NCBI GenBank assembly: GCA_963804645.1
Contig: CAWDRG010000001.1
Coordinates: 64,001 to 128,000 of the forward strand
Direction of reading: 5' to 3'
Source of the DNA: an uncultured Bacillota bacterium
GTDB taxonomy: Bacteria; Sysuimicrobiota; Sysuimicrobiia; Sysuimicrobiales; Segetimicrobiaceae
DNA length: 64,000 nt
Both the position numbers and the translations under genes were made by a program. Of the stretch, positions 59,955-64,000 are shown in pieces. Under the pieces are notes generated by a model, which saw nothing but the letters and a program-made list of their open reading frames with translations, searched no databases and was not told the DNA's origin. Each line of letters begins with the position of its first letter. Positions within the stretch are counted from its first letter, which is position 1.

Positions 59955-61152
59955 TTTCCTTCACGTAGTTCTCCGTCAGATCGCAGGTCCACACCGTCGC
60001 CGTCCCCTTGCCGAGCCCGAGGTCGACGACGATCTGCACATCATCCCGGGCAAGATAGCGCACCACCTCGTCGAGGGTGGAGCGGTCGCCGACCGCTCCG
60101 CCCCGCTCCGCGACCAGCACCGGCCCGATGCGCACCATCGCGCGGTCCGGCTGCATCTCCGCGCCGGAGTACCCGACCGCGGCCAAGATCCGTCCCCAGT
60201 TCGGGGAGCGCCCGTAGATCGCGGTCTTGACGAGCGCGGACTGCGCGACCGCCATCGCCGCGCGGGCCGCATCCTCGTCGCTCTGCGCGCCTCGGACGAG
60301 AATCTCGATCAGCTTCGTGGCACCCTCGCCGTCACGCACGATCATCTTCGCCAGCGCCACCGAGACCGCGGTGAGCCCGGCCTGAAACGCGTCGAGCGCC
60401 TCCCCGGGCCCGGTGATCTCCGGGGCCCCCGCCTCACCGTTCGCGAAGAGCAGCATCGTATCGTTGGTGCTCCGGTCGCCGTCGACGGTGATGCGATGAT
60501 ACGACAGGTCCGCCGCCCGCCGCAGCGCCGCCTGCAGCACCGGGGCCGCGACCGTGGCGTCAGTCGTCAGCACGGCGAGCGTCGTGGCCATCTGGGGATG
60601 GATCATCGCGGCCCCTTTCGTCATGCCGCCGATCGTCACGACCTGGCCGCCGACCTCGATCTGCACCGCCGCGGTCTTCGGCACCGTGTCGGTCGTCATG
60701 ATCGCCTCGGCCGCCGCGGCGCCGTCCGGCCCGAGGGCCTTGACCGCCTCCGGGATGCCCCGGCGCAGCGCGTCCATCGGCAGCGGGTGCCCGATCACAC
60801 CGGTGCTGCACACATAGACGAGTTCCTCGGAGATCTCCAGCCCCTGCGCCGCGAGCAGCGCCATCTCGCGCGCGTCGCGCAGCCCCTGCTCACCGGTGCA
60901 CGCGTTGGCGTTGCCGGCGTTCAGCACGACGGCCTGCCCCCGCCCCGACCGGATGCGCTCCATGTCCACGAGCACGGGAGCGGCCTTGACCTTGTTGGTG
61001 GTAAACACCCCCGCCGCCGCCGCCGGCACGCGTGAGAATACAAGCGCGATGTCCTTCTTCTGCGGCTTCACGCCGCCGTGGACACCGGCGGCCAGAAACC
61101 CCTGCGCCGAGGTCACGCCGCCGACGATCAGCTTCGTCACCGGATCCGCCAT
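59935..61152 (-). CDS. argJ: Ornithine acetyltransferase / N-acetylglutamate synthase
   Basis: NAGNANACTG, STGVIG, IMTTDT, KGAAMIHPQMAT, DGEGATK, TCDLT. Confidence 0.95.
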   Translation of the reverse strand: MADPVTKLIVGGVTSAQGFLAAGVHGGVKPQKKDIALVFSRVPAAAAGVFTTNKVKAAPVLVDMERIRSGRGQAVVLNAGNANACTGEQGLRDAREMALLAAQGLEISEELVYVCSTGVIGHPLPMDALRRGIPEAVKALGPDGAAAAEAIMTTDTVPKTAAVQIEVGGQVVTIGGMTKGAAMIHPQMATTLAVLTTDATVAAPVLQAALRRAADLSYHRITVDGDRSTNDTMLLFANGEAGAPEITGPGEALDAFQAGLTAVSVALAKMIVRDGEGATKLIEILVRGAQSDEDAARAAMAVAQSALVKTAIYGRSPNWGRILAAVGYSGAEMQPDRAMVRIGPVLVAERGGAVGDRSTLDEVVRYLARDDVQIVVDLGLGKGTATVWTCDLTENYVKENAGYIS

Positions 61153-61171
61153 CAGGTCCCCCCTCGGTCCG

Positions 61172-62218
61172 CTACGGATACAACCCGGGCGTCCGCAGCC
61201 CGAGCGTCTCCTCCCACCCGCACATCACGTTCAAGTTCTGGACCGCCTGCCCGGCCGCGCCCTTCCCGAGATTGTCGAGCGCGGCGATCGCGATCGCGGT
61301 ACCGGTGCGCGCGTTCACACGCACCGCGACGTCGCAGTAGTTGCTGCCCATCGTGGCCTTCGTATGCGGCAGGGCACCCGCGGGCAGGACCCGCACGAAC
61401 GGCGCCCCCGCGTACGCCTCGGCGTACAGCGAGGCCGCCGCGGCCGGGTCGAGCGAGCGTGCGAGCCGCGCGTATCCCGTCACCAGGATCCCGCGGGTCA
61501 TCGGCACCAGGTGCGGCACGAACGTCACGCGCACGTCGCCGCCCGCCAGCGCCGACAGTTCCTGCTCGATCTCGGCGGTGTGGTTGTGGCTCGGCACGCT
61601 GTACGCGTGCACGTCCTCGTTGGTCTCGGAGTACCCGAACCCCCCGCTCGCCCCGCCGCGACCGGCCCCGGACACCCCTGACTTCGCATCGATGATGATG
61701 CCCTCCCGCGCGACGGCGCCCGCCCGGAGGAGCGGCGCCAGGGCGAGCAGCGCCGCCGCCGGATAGCAGCCGGGGTCGGCGACGAGGCGGGCGCCGCGGA
61801 TTTCGCCGCGGTGCCACTCGGTCAGTCCATACGCCGCCTCGGCCAGATAGCGCGGCGCGCCGTGCTCGAACTTGTACCACACCGGGTACAGCGAGGCATC
61901 CCGCAGGCGAAAGTCGGCTCCGACGTCGATGACGCGCGCCCCCCGCTCAAGCAGCTCCGGCACGAACGCCGCGGACTTGCCGCTCGGAAGGGAGACGATC
62001 ACGACCTCGGAGTCCTTCCCGATCACTCCCGCGTCGGCCGCCTCCGTCTCGAGATCGACGAACCCGCGGAGGTTCGGGTAGAGATCGGCGAGGGCCTGCC
62101 CGCGCTGGGTGTCCGCGGTCACGTGGACCAGCCGCACCTCGGGATGGGTGGCGAGCAGCCGCACCGCCTCCGCGCCGCCGTACCCCGATGCTCCGATCAC
62201 GCTGACCCGAACCGCCAT
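61172..62218 (-). CDS. argC: N-acetyl-gamma-glutamyl-phosphate reductase
   Basis: GASGYGG, ADFRL, PGCYP, SGVSGAGR, DNLGKGAAGQAVQN. Confidence 0.96.
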   Translation of the reverse strand: MAVRVSVIGASGYGGAEAVRLLATHPEVRLVHVTADTQRGQALADLYPNLRGFVDLETEAADAGVIGKDSEVVIVSLPSGKSAAFVPELLERGARVIDVGADFRLRDASLYPVWYKFEHGAPRYLAEAAYGLTEWHRGEIRGARLVADPGCYPAAALLALAPLLRAGAVAREGIIIDAKSGVSGAGRGGASGGFGYSETNEDVHAYSVPSHNHTAEIEQELSALAGGDVRVTFVPHLVPMTRGILVTGYARLARSLDPAAAASLYAEAYAGAPFVRVLPAGALPHTKATMGSNYCDVAVRVNARTGTAIAIAALDNLGKGAAGQAVQNLNVMCGWEETLGLRTPGLYP

Positions 62219-62235
62219 GCCCGCCTCCCTCGCCG

Positions 62236-62273
62236 TGCGAATAATTATACCCAGTGTTGAATAAAGTTGCAAA
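62236..62273 (-). promoter_or_regulatory. arg operon promoter with tandem ARG boxes
   Basis: Minus-strand TTGCAA-17 bp-TATAAT (62272 to 62244), overlapped by two 18-bp ARG-like boxes (cores CGAATAATTATACC and TGAATAAAGTTGCA) 2 bp apart. Confidence 0.8.
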
Positions 62274-62390
62274 TCCTCAGACACCCGGGCACGGGGCCGC
62301 GCGGCGCCCCCGGCACGACGCGTGCTATGATCGACGCAGCATGGGGCGCACGAACGCAGTCCTCGACCGGACGCCCGCGGCCCGGGCGGC

Positions 62391-63251
62391 ATGAACATCG
62401 TCATCGTCGGCGCGGGCGGCCAGCTCGCGAGCGATCTCGTTCCGGCGCTGGCCGGGCACCGTGTCGTCCCGCTGCCCCATGCCGACCTGGACGTCTGCGA
62501 CGCGCCGGCGGTCCGCGCACGGCTCACCCGCGAGCGTCCGGACATCGTAATCAACACCGCCGCGTTCCACCGCGTCGACGAGTGCGAGCGGTCTCCCGAC
62601 GTCCCGTTCCGCGTCAACGCGATCGCCGCGCGCGATCTGGCCCGGGTGTGCGCGGATCTCGATAGCACGCTCGTGTCCTTCAGCACGGACTACGTCTTCG
62701 ACGGCCGGCAGCGCCGGCCGTATACCGAGGACGACGCGCCGAACCCCTTGAACGTCTACGGCGTCACGAAGCTCGCCGGCGAAAGCTTCATCCGGGCGCT
62801 GTGTCCCAAACACTTCGTGGTGCGCACGACCGGGCTGTACGGCGTCACCGGGGCGAGCAAGGACGGCGGCAACTTTGTGGAGACGATGATCCGCCTCGCA
62901 CGGGCCGGCACGCCGATCCGGGTCGTCACCGATCAGATCCTGACGCCGACCTACACGCGGGATGTGGCGCAAACCGTGGCCGAACTGGTGCGGACCGACT
63001 CCTACGGGCTGTACCACGTGACGAACGGCGGCGCGTGCTCGTGGTACGAATTCGCGGACGCCGTCTTCACGGCCCTCCGGCTGACTCCCGACCTGACCCC
63101 GACCACCGCCGCGGCCTACGGCCGCGCCGCCCGGCGTCCCGCCTACTCCGTCCTCGCCCATCACCGGCTGCGCGCGATCGGCCTGGAGGATCTCCGCCCC
63201 TGGACGGACGCGCTGACCGCCTATCTGCGCGAAAAGGGTCATCTGACCTGA
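62391..63251 (+). CDS. rfbD: dTDP-4-dehydrorhamnose reductase
   Basis: GAGGQL, STDYVFDG, PLNVYGVTK, DQILTPTY, RRPAYSVL. Confidence 0.92.
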   Translation: MNIVIVGAGGQLASDLVPALAGHRVVPLPHADLDVCDAPAVRARLTRERPDIVINTAAFHRVDECERSPDVPFRVNAIAARDLARVCADLDSTLVSFSTDYVFDGRQRRPYTEDDAPNPLNVYGVTKLAGESFIRALCPKHFVVRTTGLYGVTGASKDGGNFVETMIRLARAGTPIRVVTDQILTPTYTRDVAQTVAELVRTDSYGLYHVTNGGACSWYEFADAVFTALRLTPDLTPTTAAAYGRAARRPAYSVLAHHRLRAIGLEDLRPWTDALTAYLREKGHLT

Positions 63252-63298
63252 CGGCGCGGCGGGACGACGCGGCTCGCGCCGCGCCGGATGGACGCGAC

Positions 63299-63342
63299 AC
63301 ACGACGCGAAGCGGTGGGGGTTCCCACCGCTTCGCGTCGTGT
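63299..63342. terminator. Hairpin between convergent rfbD and hdeD-like genes
   Basis: 20-bp perfect stem acacgacgcgaagcggtggg-ggtt-cccaccgcttcgcgtcgtgt. Confidence 0.7.
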
Positions 63343-63381
63343 CTCCTGCGTAATCCCGGGTCGAGCGGGTTTTGGGTCCGA

Positions 63382-63957
63382 TCAGGCGTGCGCGGCCCCG
63401 GACGGTCCGGCCACCCGGCCGGCCACGGTCGCGAGCATGATCCACGCCCATCCGCGGAAGATCAGGTTGATCCCGACCGCCAGCCCGATGAAGTACAGTC
63501 CCGAGAACGGCCACTGGTACCACAGCAGAACACCCAGCAGCGCGGTGACGATGCCCGCGAGGATCGGCCACACCATGTGCGGCGGCTTCAGCCGAATCGT
63601 GCCGAAAATCTCAAAGAGCCCCGCCACGAGGAAGAACGCTCCGAGAAAGAGCGTGAGCGAGGCGGCGCCGACCAGGGGATTGGCGAGGAACAGGACGCCG
63701 ACCACAAGGTACAGCAGGGCGGCAAGGAGATGGAGGAAAAACCCGCCCCAGCGGTGTGTTTGGAAGCCGTGCACGATCTCAACCACGCCGGCGATGACCA
63801 GCAGCCATCCGAAGACCAGGACGGACACCACCGTGGTGAAGACGTCGTAACTGATCGCGAGGACCCCAAGAATCAACAGGACGATCCCCAGCACCAAAAA
63901 CCACCCGCGATGCTCCCGCACGGCCTCAGCATTGACCATCCCTAGATTGGAGATCAT
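63382..63957 (-). CDS. HdeD/DUF308 family acid-resistance membrane protein
   Basis: WFLVLGIVLLILG, FGWLLVIAG, NPLVGAASLTL, IGLAVGINLIFRG. Confidence 0.87.
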   Translation of the reverse strand: MISNLGMVNAEAVREHRGWFLVLGIVLLILGVLAISYDVFTTVVSVLVFGWLLVIAGVVEIVHGFQTHRWGGFFLHLLAALLYLVVGVLFLANPLVGAASLTLFLGAFFLVAGLFEIFGTIRLKPPHMVWPILAGIVTALLGVLLWYQWPFSGLYFIGLAVGINLIFRGWAWIMLATVAGRVAGPSGAAHA

Positions 63958-64000
63958 CCCTCACCCCCCGGTCTAATCCGCTGGCCCGGAGCACATCACG

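Noticed and set aside
1..64000. CRISPR arrays, tRNA/rRNA genes, selenocysteine or pyrrolysine readthrough
   Set aside because: No regularly spaced repeats, cloverleaf or rRNA signatures seen; no in-frame stop interrupting a conserved domain apart from the two frameshifts

Overview
High-GC bacterial chromosomal segment, probably from a diderm Terrabacteria lineage such as Armatimonadota or CSP1-3. This is inferred from Firmicutes-like core gene order together with an SLH-anchored outer-membrane beta-barrel. The minus-strand backbone is the Clostridia-like cluster ybeY-dgkA-hlyC/corC...cdd-recO...glyQ-glyS-ppdK-dgt...dnaG-rpoD, with era missing, broken by three accessory blocks. Block 1 is an A1-type cytochrome c oxidase operon plus hydrolase and solute-binding genes. 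Block 2 is an IS256 element, a Crp/Fnr regulator and small proteins. Block 3 is a GAF histidine kinase/response regulator pair, a metal island (Cys/His-rich permease, SLH-porin, znuACB, Fur/Zur regulator, aquaporin) and an SDR/QueA-like pair. The window also holds an argCJBD-GH-R operon with tandem ARG boxes; argB and argG each carry a single-base homopolymer frameshift. The best candidates for undescribed systems are the SLH beta-barrel porin heading a zinc-uptake operon behind a Fur-type box, and the SDR/QueA-like module with its possible GAF kinase/regulator partner. No tRNA, rRNA or CRISPR array was seen. All calls come from motif recognition by eye, with no database searches.
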